Below are positions 9,746-16,793 of a stretch of 24,000 bases of DNA, piece after piece (position 1 is the stretch's first letter; every line of letters starts with the position of its first letter). Location: NCBI RefSeq assembly GCF_014207595.1, contig NZ_JACHGY010000001.1:3604212-3628211 (forward strand), read 5' to 3'. The stretch comes from Algisphaera agarilytica (GTDB taxonomy: Bacteria; Planctomycetota; Phycisphaerae; Phycisphaerales; Phycisphaeraceae). The translations under genes and the position numbers were made by a program. Below the pieces are notes generated by a model that had not been told where the DNA came from, ran no database searches, and worked only from the letters and a program-made list of their open reading frames with translations.

Positions 9746-10962
9746 CGGCCGTGTTCCGTGAGGACCCACTGCAATTCGTCGCCGATGCCCGCGGCCAGGT
9801 CGTCGGTCTGCAGCGATTCGGGCAAGACATCCCAGGCGTAGGTCTCGACCTCGAAGTGGTGCGTCTCGTCCTCGGGTTGGATGGCGGCGAGGTAGTCGCC
9901 GATCTGGGATTGGGTCGTGTCGCTCGGGCCGAGCGTGTCGAGGTGGACCGGGACGTGGAAGTGCACCCGCCATTCGCCACGCGGCTGGGGTTGATCCGCG
10001 AGTGCATCGGGCAGGTCGAGGTAGCTGTTCACCCGGCCGTCGTCGGTGCGGATCGAGGTCTGGTGGAGGTAGCGGTTTTCGCAGAAGCCGTGGAGCTGAG
10101 TCAACGCGGCGGAGCGTGTTTCGGCATCCATCGTGTCGAAGTCGACACGGACCGCCGAGGAGAGTTGGGCCTTGCCGACTTTGATTCCCGCGTCACGGTA
10201 GTTCTGCAACGCCTCGGCCTGATCTTCGAACATGACCGCGGCGTGGCAGACGTCGTGGCACACGCGGAGGTACGACAACACGCTCAGGTCGTCCGCGCCG
10301 CCGAGCAGGAACTGTTCGAAGAACTGGACGACTCCCGCCGAGGTTTCCAGGATGCAGCCGGGCTCGGGTTCGAGGTCGATGTGGATGTGCTTGCCGGTGT
10401 CGAGCTCGATGCGGGCCAGCGTGTGGACGAGCTGCATGAGTTGGTCGGTCGCGGCCTGGGCTTGCTTAGGGTAGTCCTCCGGCCGGCCGCAGAACGACGA
10501 CGGCCACCCCAAAGGCAAAGTTGAGATCGATCCTTCTTCCGCGTCGTCCGGGAGCAACTCGGCCAGGATCGACGCGAGGCCGAGCGTGTAGTCGTAGCGG
10601 TCGCGGTCGGCCCAGTGGGGTAGATACACCTTGCCCTTCATGACGGGTTGATGGAAATCGTCGTAGGGGAAGCCGTTGAACGTGTACGGCAACAGGCCAT
10701 GCTCGGACAGCCAGGCGCGGAAGTCGGGGATGAGTTTTTCGGCGACGGCGTCCTGCATCGCCTGGGCCGAGAGCCAGAGCCCGACGCCCATCGGCGCATC
10801 GGGGCTGACGCGTTGCTTGACCGGCAGGGCGTAACGCTCAAGGTTGGCTTTCATCTGCGCGAACGAAGCGCCCGCGTGGACGTTGGTGCAGTAGCCGAGG
10901 ATGGTGCCGGAGCCGAGGGCGTCGCGCATTGAGGTATTAAACCACGAAGCGGGGGACAACAC
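9742..10962 (-). CDS. eboE: EboE-type xylose-isomerase-like TIM-barrel protein (sugar phosphate isomerase/epimerase family)
   Basis: 406 aa from GTG 10962, or 395 aa from ATG 10929. The N-terminal ILGYCTNVHAG and the overall length match what I recall of EboE proteins. The call rests on that recollection plus the operon context. Confidence 0.7.
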   Translation of the reverse strand: MLSPASWFNTSMRDALGSGTILGYCTNVHAGASFAQMKANLERYALPVKQRVSPDAPMGVGLWLSAQAMQDAVAEKLIPDFRAWLSEHGLLPYTFNGFPYDDFHQPVMKGKVYLPHWADRDRYDYTLGLASILAELLPDDAEEGSISTLPLGWPSSFCGRPEDYPKQAQAATDQLMQLVHTLARIELDTGKHIHIDLEPEPGCILETSAGVVQFFEQFLLGGADDLSVLSYLRVCHDVCHAAVMFEDQAEALQNYRDAGIKVGKAQLSSAVRVDFDTMDAETRSAALTQLHGFCENRYLHQTSIRTDDGRVNSYLDLPDALADQPQPRGEWRVHFHVPVHLDTLGPSDTTQSQIGDYLAAIQPEDETHHFEVETYAWDVLPESLQTDDLAAGIGDELQWVLTEHGR

Positions 10963-10998
10963 GAAGGGTGTTAAGCTCGCGGTCGTCTTGATGGATCG

Positions 10999-11100
10999 GG
11001 GTGGCCGGGGATGAGGCTTGGCGAAACCCAGGAACGGTTTGCGGGGTGCTGAGCTCTTGTCTGTGGTTCCGGGGCATCGCGGACCCTGCCCCGGCCACCC
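10999..11100 (-). promoter_or_regulatory. Nested GC-rich stem structure in the eboB-eboE spacer (possible RNA element)
   Basis: 10999-11010 gggtggccgggg is the perfect reverse complement of 11089-11100 ccccggccaccc (12 bp). It encloses 11027-11035 cccaggaac / 11066-11074 gttccgggg (9 bp, 1 mismatch). No U-tract follows on the transcribed strand. Confidence 0.3.
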
Positions 11101-11119
11101 AAAGTTGTGAATGCAAACG

Positions 11120-11998
11120 TTAGACGCTGAACCGGCCGGACTGGGAAAGGAACGCTTTGGGGTTGGCGAAGGTGATGCGATCGATGAGCTTTTGGGTGTG
11201 GCCGCGGGCCTTCATCTCGGCGATGCACTTGGGCACGCTCAGCGGGTCGGAGTGGCCCCAGTCGCCCGCGGAGTTGATCCAGAGGCGTTCGTCGCCGTAG
11301 CACTCGACGATGTCCACGGCCCGCTGGGGGGTGCATTTGCTGTCGGGGTAGAGGGTCATGCCCGCCCAGTAGCCCTGGTCAAGCACCATGCCGACGGTGT
11401 GTTCTTCGACGTGGTCGATGAGGACGCGCTCGGGGCGGATCCGACCGTCGCGTTTGAGGGCGTCGAGGATGAGCTGGGTGCCTTTGAGTTTGTCTTCGAG
11501 GTGGGGCGTGTGGACGAGGATGAGGCGATCGTGCTCGGCGGCGACGGCGATCTGCTCTTCGAGGATGGCCATCTCGTTCTTGGAGTTTTTGTTGAGGCCG
11601 ATCTCGCCGACGCCCAGGACGTTGGGCTTGTCGAGGAACTCGGGCAGGAGCTGGATGACCTCACGGGCGAAGCCGGGGTCTTCGGCTTCTTTGGGGTTGA
11701 TGCAGACCCAGGCGTGGTGGGCGATGCCGTGGGCGGCGGCGCGCTTGGGCTCGACCTCGGTGAGCTGGACGAAGTAGTCGTAGAACCCCTGCGGCGAAGA
11801 GCGGTCGTAGCCCGCCCAGAACGCGGGCTCGGTCACGGCGACACAGCCGGCCAACGCCATGCGCTGGTAGTCGTCGGTCGTGCGGCTGACCATGTGGATG
11901 TGGGGGTCGATGTAGGGCAAGGGCAGGGAGTAGGCAGTAGGGGAGAGCGGCTTAGGGTTGTGGGGCGCCAGAGGCGCCTTTGCCGGGGGCTTTGTCAA
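11120..11998 (-). CDS. eboB: EboB-type TatD-fold metal-dependent hydrolase
   Basis: YIDPHIHM (HxH), GVGEIGLN, LILVHTPH, LIDHVEEH and NSAGDWG appear in the order of the TatD/amidohydrolase metal ligands. No ATG lies upstream of the HxH motif. Candidate starts are TTG 11998 (292 aa, 47-nt overlap with the upstream ORF) or TTG 11920 (266 aa). Confidence 0.75.
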   Translation of the reverse strand: MTKPPAKAPLAPHNPKPLSPTAYSLPLPYIDPHIHMVSRTTDDYQRMALAGCVAVTEPAFWAGYDRSSPQGFYDYFVQLTEVEPKRAAAHGIAHHAWVCINPKEAEDPGFAREVIQLLPEFLDKPNVLGVGEIGLNKNSKNEMAILEEQIAVAAEHDRLILVHTPHLEDKLKGTQLILDALKRDGRIRPERVLIDHVEEHTVGMVLDQGYWAGMTLYPDSKCTPQRAVDIVECYGDERLWINSAGDWGHSDPLSVPKCIAEMKARGHTQKLIDRITFANPKAFLSQSGRFSV

Positions 11999-12260
11999 GG
12001 AGGTCCGTCGTTGGGTCGCTGAGTTGTTCGAGGATTTGGCGGGTGCGGTCGGGTTGGTCGCTGCTGAGTAGCTCGAGGGCGTTGCGCAGGGCGGCGAGGC
12101 GGAAGTCGGTGTCGCCTTGGGCGTTTGAACTTCCGGGGGCCCGGTCGCAGCGGTCGAGGAACGCGGCGAGGTCCAGGAGCTTGGCGCGGTACTCGAGGAA
12201 GGTGCGGTCGAGCAGGGCGTCGAGGGGCTCGGGGCAGGTTGGTTTTTTAGGTTTGGCCAT
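11952..12260 (-). CDS. Small helical protein (102 aa) in the EboA position of the cluster; family not recognised
   Basis: This is the C-terminal part of track ORF 11952..13310(-), starting at the ATG 12258-12260: MAKPKKPTCPEPLDALLDRTFLEYRAKLLDLAAFLDRCDR.... Third-position GC is high and the composition is normal, unlike the Arg/Pro-rich upstream part of the same ORF. It begins 11 nt after the eboD stop. Confidence 0.5.
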   Translation of the reverse strand: MAKPKKPTCPEPLDALLDRTFLEYRAKLLDLAAFLDRCDRAPGSSNAQGDTDFRLAALRNALELLSSDQPDRTRQILEQLSDPTTDLLDKAPGKGASGAPQP

Positions 12261-12271
12261 GGCGGCTGGGG

Positions 12272-13441
12272 TCAGCGGGTGTTGGCTTGGGTGGCAGAAG
12301 TGAGTTCGTCGATGCAGCGTTGCATGAGCGCGGTGTCGATCTCGTGGAGGTCGAGGGGGTCGGCGACGCCGCGGATCATGGTGACGGTGAGTTGGCCGCC
12401 GAGGTGTTCGCGGAACTCGTTGAGACCGTCGAGCAGGGCGGGGTTGGTCAGCTCGGGGTGTGCGAGGGCGAAGCCCATGCGGGTGAGCGTGGCTTTGATA
12501 TCGGTTGCGATTGCGGGAGTGAGCAGGCCGGTGTGGGCGGCGTAGGTGACGTCGAGGGCGAGGCCGATGGCGACGGCCTCGCCGTGGCGGAGCTCGTAGC
12601 CGGTGAGTTGTTCGAGTTTGTGGGCCGACCAGTGGCCGAAGTCCAGCGGGCGGGCCGAGAGGTTTTCGAACGGGTCGCCGCCGCCGCCGTCGGCTTTGGA
12701 TGCGGTGATGTGGTGCAGGTGGAGCTGGGCGGAGCGTTGCCAGACGTCGTCGCTGAGCGTTGAGGTGCGGCGAGCAAGATCCTCGGCGTTGTCTCGGAGC
12801 AGCGTGTAGAACTCCGCGTCCTTGAGCAGCGCAACCTTGACCGCTTCCGCGAGGCCGCAGCGCCAGTCGCGGTCGGACAGCGTGTCGAGCAGGGCCAGGT
12901 CGTTGACCACGGCGTGGGGCACGGCGAAGGTGCCGATGAAGTTCTTCTTGCCGAACATGTTCACGCCGTTCTTCACGCCGACACCCGAGTCGCCCTGGGC
13001 GAGGGTGGTCGTGGGCATGCGGACGAGACGCACCCCGCGGTGGGTGACGGCCGCGGCAAACCCCACCATGTCGAGCAGCGCCCCGCCCCCAATCACCAGC
13101 ACTGTCGATCGGCGGTCGATGCCCAAACGGTTTATCTCGCCGAGCAGGCTTTCGAGCAGCGACAGGTCGTTCTTGCCTTGTTCGCCCCCGGGCATAGCGC
13201 GGAATCCGACGAGACGCGGGAGGCGGTCGGCGTGGTAGGCGACATAACCTTTGAGGTCGCGTTGCAATGTGAGCGTGGACTCGACCAAGCCCTGATCCAC
13301 CACGACCCACAGCCTCGGCTCGCCCGGCTCGTCGCGCACATCCAGCACCTGGGCGAGCGTAGGGTTACTCACGTCAAACGCTCCGCGGGTAAAACGCACG
13401 CGGTGGGGCAACTCAAGATGGACGGTGTGGTCGGTCGGCAC
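12272..13441 (-). CDS. eboD: EboD-type 3-dehydroquinate-synthase-like sugar phosphate cyclase
   Basis: 389 aa from a GTG start. DHQS-fold motifs are VLVIGGGALLDMVGFAAA, RMPTTTLAQGDSGVGVKNGVN, FGKKNFIGTF and RHGEAVAIGL. The LNxGHTxGH region of true AroB is replaced by LDFGHWSAHKLE. It is embedded among eboB/C/E/F-type genes. Confidence 0.8.
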   Translation of the reverse strand: MPTDHTVHLELPHRVRFTRGAFDVSNPTLAQVLDVRDEPGEPRLWVVVDQGLVESTLTLQRDLKGYVAYHADRLPRLVGFRAMPGGEQGKNDLSLLESLLGEINRLGIDRRSTVLVIGGGALLDMVGFAAAVTHRGVRLVRMPTTTLAQGDSGVGVKNGVNMFGKKNFIGTFAVPHAVVNDLALLDTLSDRDWRCGLAEAVKVALLKDAEFYTLLRDNAEDLARRTSTLSDDVWQRSAQLHLHHITASKADGGGGDPFENLSARPLDFGHWSAHKLEQLTGYELRHGEAVAIGLALDVTYAAHTGLLTPAIATDIKATLTRMGFALAHPELTNPALLDGLNEFREHLGGQLTVTMIRGVADPLDLHEIDTALMQRCIDELTSATQANTR

Positions 13442-13473
13442 AAAAGAATCCGAAGGGAAACCAAACCCTTAGT

Positions 13474-14823
13474 TTAGTCAGAAGAACCGCGGAGCCGATC
13501 CAGGAACTCGAAATAATCGGGGAAGGTTTTTTCGACGCAGCTCGGGTCGTTGATCACCACCTGGCTGCCTTCGCCGCCCGAAGCGCCTAGCCCCGCCACC
13601 GAAAACGCCATCGCCATGCGGTGGTCGTCGTAGGTGTCGATCTCGGCGCCGCCCAAACTCTCGAGCGCAGCGGCCACGCCCTCGGCGGGGGGGGTGATCG
13701 TGATGTCGTCTTCAATCGTCGTGACCGATGCGCCCAGCTTGATCAGCTCGTTCTCGAGCGCGGCGATGCGGTCGGTTTCTTTGACACGCAGGTTACCGAC
13801 GTTGCGGATCGTGGTGGGGCGGTCTCCGAACAACGCGACCACGGCCAGCGTCTGGGCCATGTCGGGCATGTCGTTGAGGTCGACATCCACGCCGCGGATC
13901 TGGCCGTCCACCGGCGCGGTGATGGTGGTGGAGTCGAGCTTCTGGTCGACGCCGCATCCCATCCGCCCGAGCACATCGCAGAACTCCGCGTCGCCCTGGA
14001 GGCTGCGCGAGCCCAGGCCCTCAACGGTGCAACGGCTGCCCGGCACCACGGCCGCGGCGGCGAGGAAATAGCTGGCGTTGCTGGCGTCCGGCTCGATGGG
14101 GTAGTCGTAGTGCCGGTACCCGCCCGTTGGCACGTGCACCGCGCGGTAGCCGGTGTCGGCTTCGAACTCGGCGCCGAACTGCTTCATCAGGTTCAGCGTC
14201 ATCTTGACGTAGGGTAGGCTGGTCACCGGTCCGTCGAACTCGATCTCCAGGCCACGCTGGAGGTACGGCCCGATCATCAGCATCGCCGAGATGAACTGGC
14301 TCGACAGCGTCGGCGTGAGCTCGAGGAACCCGCCGTTCATCCCCGGGGGCTCGGCGATGATCTTCAGCGGGGGGTAGCCGTCTTCGCCGAGGTACTCGAT
14401 GTCGGCTCCGAGTTCGAGCAACGGCTCGACCAGTTCGCCGATGGGGCGCTGCCGCATGCGTGGGATGCCGTCGAGGGTGTACTCGCCCAGGCCCAGGCAC
14501 AGCGCCGCGGTGAGGAAACGCATGGCGGTGCCCGCGTTGCCCAGGTGCAGCTCGGCCTCGGTGCTGGGGATCGTGCCGTGCTTGCCGCGGATGGTCACGG
14601 CGCGGTTGGGCTCGTCGATGTTGAGTTGGAAACCCAGGGCTTCGAGCGCTTCGAGCATCCGCCGGGTGTCGTCGGCAAACAGGACGCCGGTGAGTTTGGA
14701 CGAGCCCTTGGCCAGCGCGGCGAGCAGCAGGGCGCGGTTGGTCAGGCTCTTGGAACCGGGCGGGCGCAGCGTGACATCGAAGGGATCGAGCCGGCTGATA
14801 GGCAGTGATTCAAGCATATTCAC
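13474..14823 (-). CDS. aroA: 3-phosphoshikimate 1-carboxyvinyltransferase (EPSP synthase)
   Basis: LRPPGSKSLTNRALLLAALA, LHLGNAGTAMRFLTAAL and LRVKETDRIAALENELIKLGA are canonical class I AroA motifs. The start is GTG 14823 or ATG 14817. The stop lies 32 nt upstream of the eboD start on the same strand. Confidence 0.9.
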   Translation of the reverse strand: MNMLESLPISRLDPFDVTLRPPGSKSLTNRALLLAALAKGSSKLTGVLFADDTRRMLEALEALGFQLNIDEPNRAVTIRGKHGTIPSTEAELHLGNAGTAMRFLTAALCLGLGEYTLDGIPRMRQRPIGELVEPLLELGADIEYLGEDGYPPLKIIAEPPGMNGGFLELTPTLSSQFISAMLMIGPYLQRGLEIEFDGPVTSLPYVKMTLNLMKQFGAEFEADTGYRAVHVPTGGYRHYDYPIEPDASNASYFLAAAAVVPGSRCTVEGLGSRSLQGDAEFCDVLGRMGCGVDQKLDSTTITAPVDGQIRGVDVDLNDMPDMAQTLAVVALFGDRPTTIRNVGNLRVKETDRIAALENELIKLGASVTTIEDDITITPPAEGVAAALESLGGAEIDTYDDHRMAMAFSVAGLGASGGEGSQVVINDPSCVEKTFPDYFEFLDRLRGSSD

Positions 14824-14877
14824 AGCAAAAGTTTACCGTTTTCGCCCAGAAGTGTTGTTGACAAAGCTCTGCGTGGA

Positions 14878-15207
14878 TCAACCCTCCGCCTTGCGGAAGA
14901 CGGCCACGACGTTGGCCACGGGCACGACAAACAGCCGGTTGTCGCCCTCGAAATCGACCGGAATCGCGTCTTTGGGGTTGAACAGCACGCGGTCGTACTG
15001 CTCGATGGGGTATTTCTCGTCGACGGCGACCTCGGCCGAGACGGTCACGACCCGGCCGGTGAGGGTGGGGATTTCGATCTTGTCGGGCAGGTGGATGCCG
15101 GACTTGGTCTGCTTCTTGTCCTGGTCCTTGCGGATCAGCACGCGCTTCCCGATGGGCTCGACGGTTTCGAGCGGCTGGGGTTTGGAGGTTGGGGTGGATT
15201 GACTCAT
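14878..15207 (-). CDS. GroES/Cpn10-fold co-chaperonin-like protein (orphan, no groEL downstream)
   Basis: VEPIGKRVLIRKDQDKKQTKSGIHLPDKIEIPTLTGRVVTVS...YDRVLFNP...VVPVANVVAVF aligns by eye with GroES (IxPLxDRVLVK..E.KTxGGIxLP.....K...G.VVAVG...GD.V.F..........I....DILA). An extra 16-aa N-terminal tail is present. Confidence 0.6.
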   Translation of the reverse strand: MSQSTPTSKPQPLETVEPIGKRVLIRKDQDKKQTKSGIHLPDKIEIPTLTGRVVTVSAEVAVDEKYPIEQYDRVLFNPKDAIPVDFEGDNRLFVVPVANVVAVFRKAEG

Positions 15208-15328
15208 AGCTGAGCTATTTTAGAGCTTTCCCCAGCCGACTTCTAGCGGGCACGTTGTCGCAGCGATGCGGATGTGCTGATCACGACTACATCTGGGGAA
15301 CAAATTTCGTATCTTGTGCGTTGCTATA

Positions 15329-15373
15329 GGCACGTGCCGGTCCGTCGCCTCGAAGCGGACGGACTCCGGTTTT
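15329..15373 (+). promoter_or_regulatory. 10-bp perfect palindrome GGCACGTGCC overlapping a terminator-like hairpin plus T4, 24 nt upstream of the DinB-family ATG
   Basis: Palindrome at 15329-15338; a half-site GGCACGT also occurs at 15249-15255. Hairpin 15337-15369 (ccgg-tccgtc-gc / loop ctcgaa / gc-g-gacgga-ct-ccgg: 12 bp, two bulges) is followed by tttt at 15370-15373. Confidence 0.3.
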
Positions 15374-15396
15374 GATCGCGGTATCCGAGGCTCCCC

Positions 15397-15966
15397 ATGA
15401 CCGATTCGTCCCTAGCTCCCCACCAACTTTCCGAGGCGGCCCCTGTGGTGCTCGATCACGTCGGCCCGCTGCGTGAAGTCCTGGGCCAACTCGCCCGGCT
15501 CGTCGATCAACTCGACGACACCGCCTACAACACCAAGCCCGTCACAACCTACGGCGGCAGCATCGGCGGCCACGTCCGCCACTGCCTCGACCATGTGAGC
15601 GCCCTGCTCTGCGGAACCCATGGCGACCTCATCGACTACGAGGCTCGTGAACGCGGCACCGACATCGAAACCAACCCCGTCTCGGCCTGCTCCGAGCTGC
15701 AGCGCCTCGACACGGCTCTGGCCGAGCTGCCCGAAGACGTCGGCCAACTGGAGGTGACCACCTCCATCCTGCTCACCCCGTCGGGCCCCGCGCTCAAAGC
15801 CCCGTCGAGCGTGGCCCGCGAACTCGCCTTCGTGCTCAGCCACACCATCCACCACAACGCCATGATCGGCGGCATGGCCAAAGCCCTGGGCAGCGACGTC
15901 CCCGCAGACTTCGGCATGGCCCCGGGCACCCTCGAACACCAACGCAAGCGTCAAGCCCAGGCTTGA
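15397..15966 (+). CDS. DinB-family (DinB_2/YfiT-like) metal-binding four-helix-bundle protein
   Basis: 189 aa. His-triad pattern GGHVRHCLDHV ... LSHTIHHNAMIGGM is typical of the DinB superfamily. Confidence 0.7.
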   Translation: MTDSSLAPHQLSEAAPVVLDHVGPLREVLGQLARLVDQLDDTAYNTKPVTTYGGSIGGHVRHCLDHVSALLCGTHGDLIDYEARERGTDIETNPVSACSELQRLDTALAELPEDVGQLEVTTSILLTPSGPALKAPSSVARELAFVLSHTIHHNAMIGGMAKALGSDVPADFGMAPGTLEHQRKRQAQA

Positions 15967-16049
15967 ACACTCGGTCGGGTTACCCGTTCTCATGCCATCC
16001 TCCGTCCGGCTAGGATGCTTAGGCTATCCGCCCGCAGGTCTACGCCGCC

Positions 16050-16793
16050 ATGTGCACCGCCACCCTGATTCAAACCGACCCGTCCGCCCCGGCCCTCCGC
16101 CTGGTGACCAATCGCGACGAGTTGCACACCCGCCTTCCCGCCGATCCGCCGGAGATACGCACGTTCGGGGACTACCAGACGCTGCTCCCGATCGACCCGC
16201 AGAGCGACGGCACCTGGATCGCCGTCAACGAAGCGGGGCTGGTCATCACCCTGCTGAACCTCAACCCCGAGCAAGCACCGACGCCACGGCCGGGCCTGCG
16301 TAGCCGTGGGGGCGTGGTGCCATCGTTGATGGGTTGTTCGACCGTGAAGCAAGCGATCGAGATCGCAAAAGAACTGCCCACTCAGACGATGATGCCGTTC
16401 CGCTTGCTGCTTGCGGACCGAGACAACGTCGCCACGGTGCGTGCCGACGGGCAATCCGTGGCCACCGCGGTGCACCCGATTGCCGACGCCCCGGTGATGC
16501 TGACCAGCTCCGGGCTGGGCGATCACATCGTCGAAGGGCCTCGGCGTGACCTGTTTGAGAGTGCCCCGCCCCGCGACGCCGAGGCTCAGGATGCGTTCCA
16601 CCGCCACCGCTGGCCGGACCGCACGCCTGTCTCGGTCGCGATGTGCCGGGAAGACGCCCGCACCGTCAGCCGCACCGTCGTGGAGATCGACGCCCATCGG
16701 GTGCAGATGCACTACACGCCCGTCTCCATGTACGGCGGGGAAGGGGAACTCCAAGTGTTGACCTTGCCCCTGCGAGCCGAGGCCAAGGGGTGA
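16050..16793 (+). CDS. NRDE-family (TANGO2-like) protein
   Basis: The N-terminal MCTATL (Cys2) and the eponymous LVTNRDE motif sit at the expected position near residue 20. The protein is 247 aa. The stop TGA 16791-16793 overlaps the GTG 16790-16792 of the next gene. Confidence 0.8.
   Translation: MCTATLIQTDPSAPALRLVTNRDELHTRLPADPPEIRTFGDYQTLLPIDPQSDGTWIAVNEAGLVITLLNLNPEQAPTPRPGLRSRGGVVPSLMGCSTVKQAIEIAKELPTQTMMPFRLLLADRDNVATVRADGQSVATAVHPIADAPVMLTSSGLGDHIVEGPRRDLFESAPPRDAEAQDAFHRHRWPDRTPVSVAMCREDARTVSRTVVEIDAHRVQMHYTPVSMYGGEGELQVLTLPLRAEAKG

Noticed and set aside
10971-11336. A 121-aa ORF (-) covering the eboB-eboE spacer.
   Set aside because: It overlaps the 3' end of eboB out of frame, and its Arg/Pro/His-rich translation has no motifs. 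The spacer is better explained as non-coding structured RNA or DNA.
12261-13310. The upstream 350 codons of the 452-aa ORF 11952..13310(-).
   Set aside because: This part is Arg/Pro-rich shadow sequence running out of frame through eboD. Only the last 102 codons, from the ATG at 12260, have normal composition and an intergenic start context.
12272-13441. Reading the DHQS-like gene as housekeeping aroB because it follows aroA.
   Set aside because: The AroB LNxGHTxGH block is replaced by LDFGHWSAHKLE, and the gene is embedded among UbiA, TatD, TIM-barrel and NPP genes (the ebo set). A phylogeny is still needed to be certain.
16643-16789. The 49-codon N-terminal extension of the 946-aa ORF, overlapping the NRDE gene.
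   Set aside because: The extension (MPGRRPHRQPHRRGDRR...) is Arg/Pro-rich and lies inside the NRDE coding frame. The GTG at 16790, overlapping the NRDE stop, gives a sensible basic-plus-TM N-terminus. Similar upstream extensions were trimmed for ORFs 131..1213, 1306..2490, 4339..5691, 5909..6202, 7230..7817, 8951..9973 and 21308..21724.
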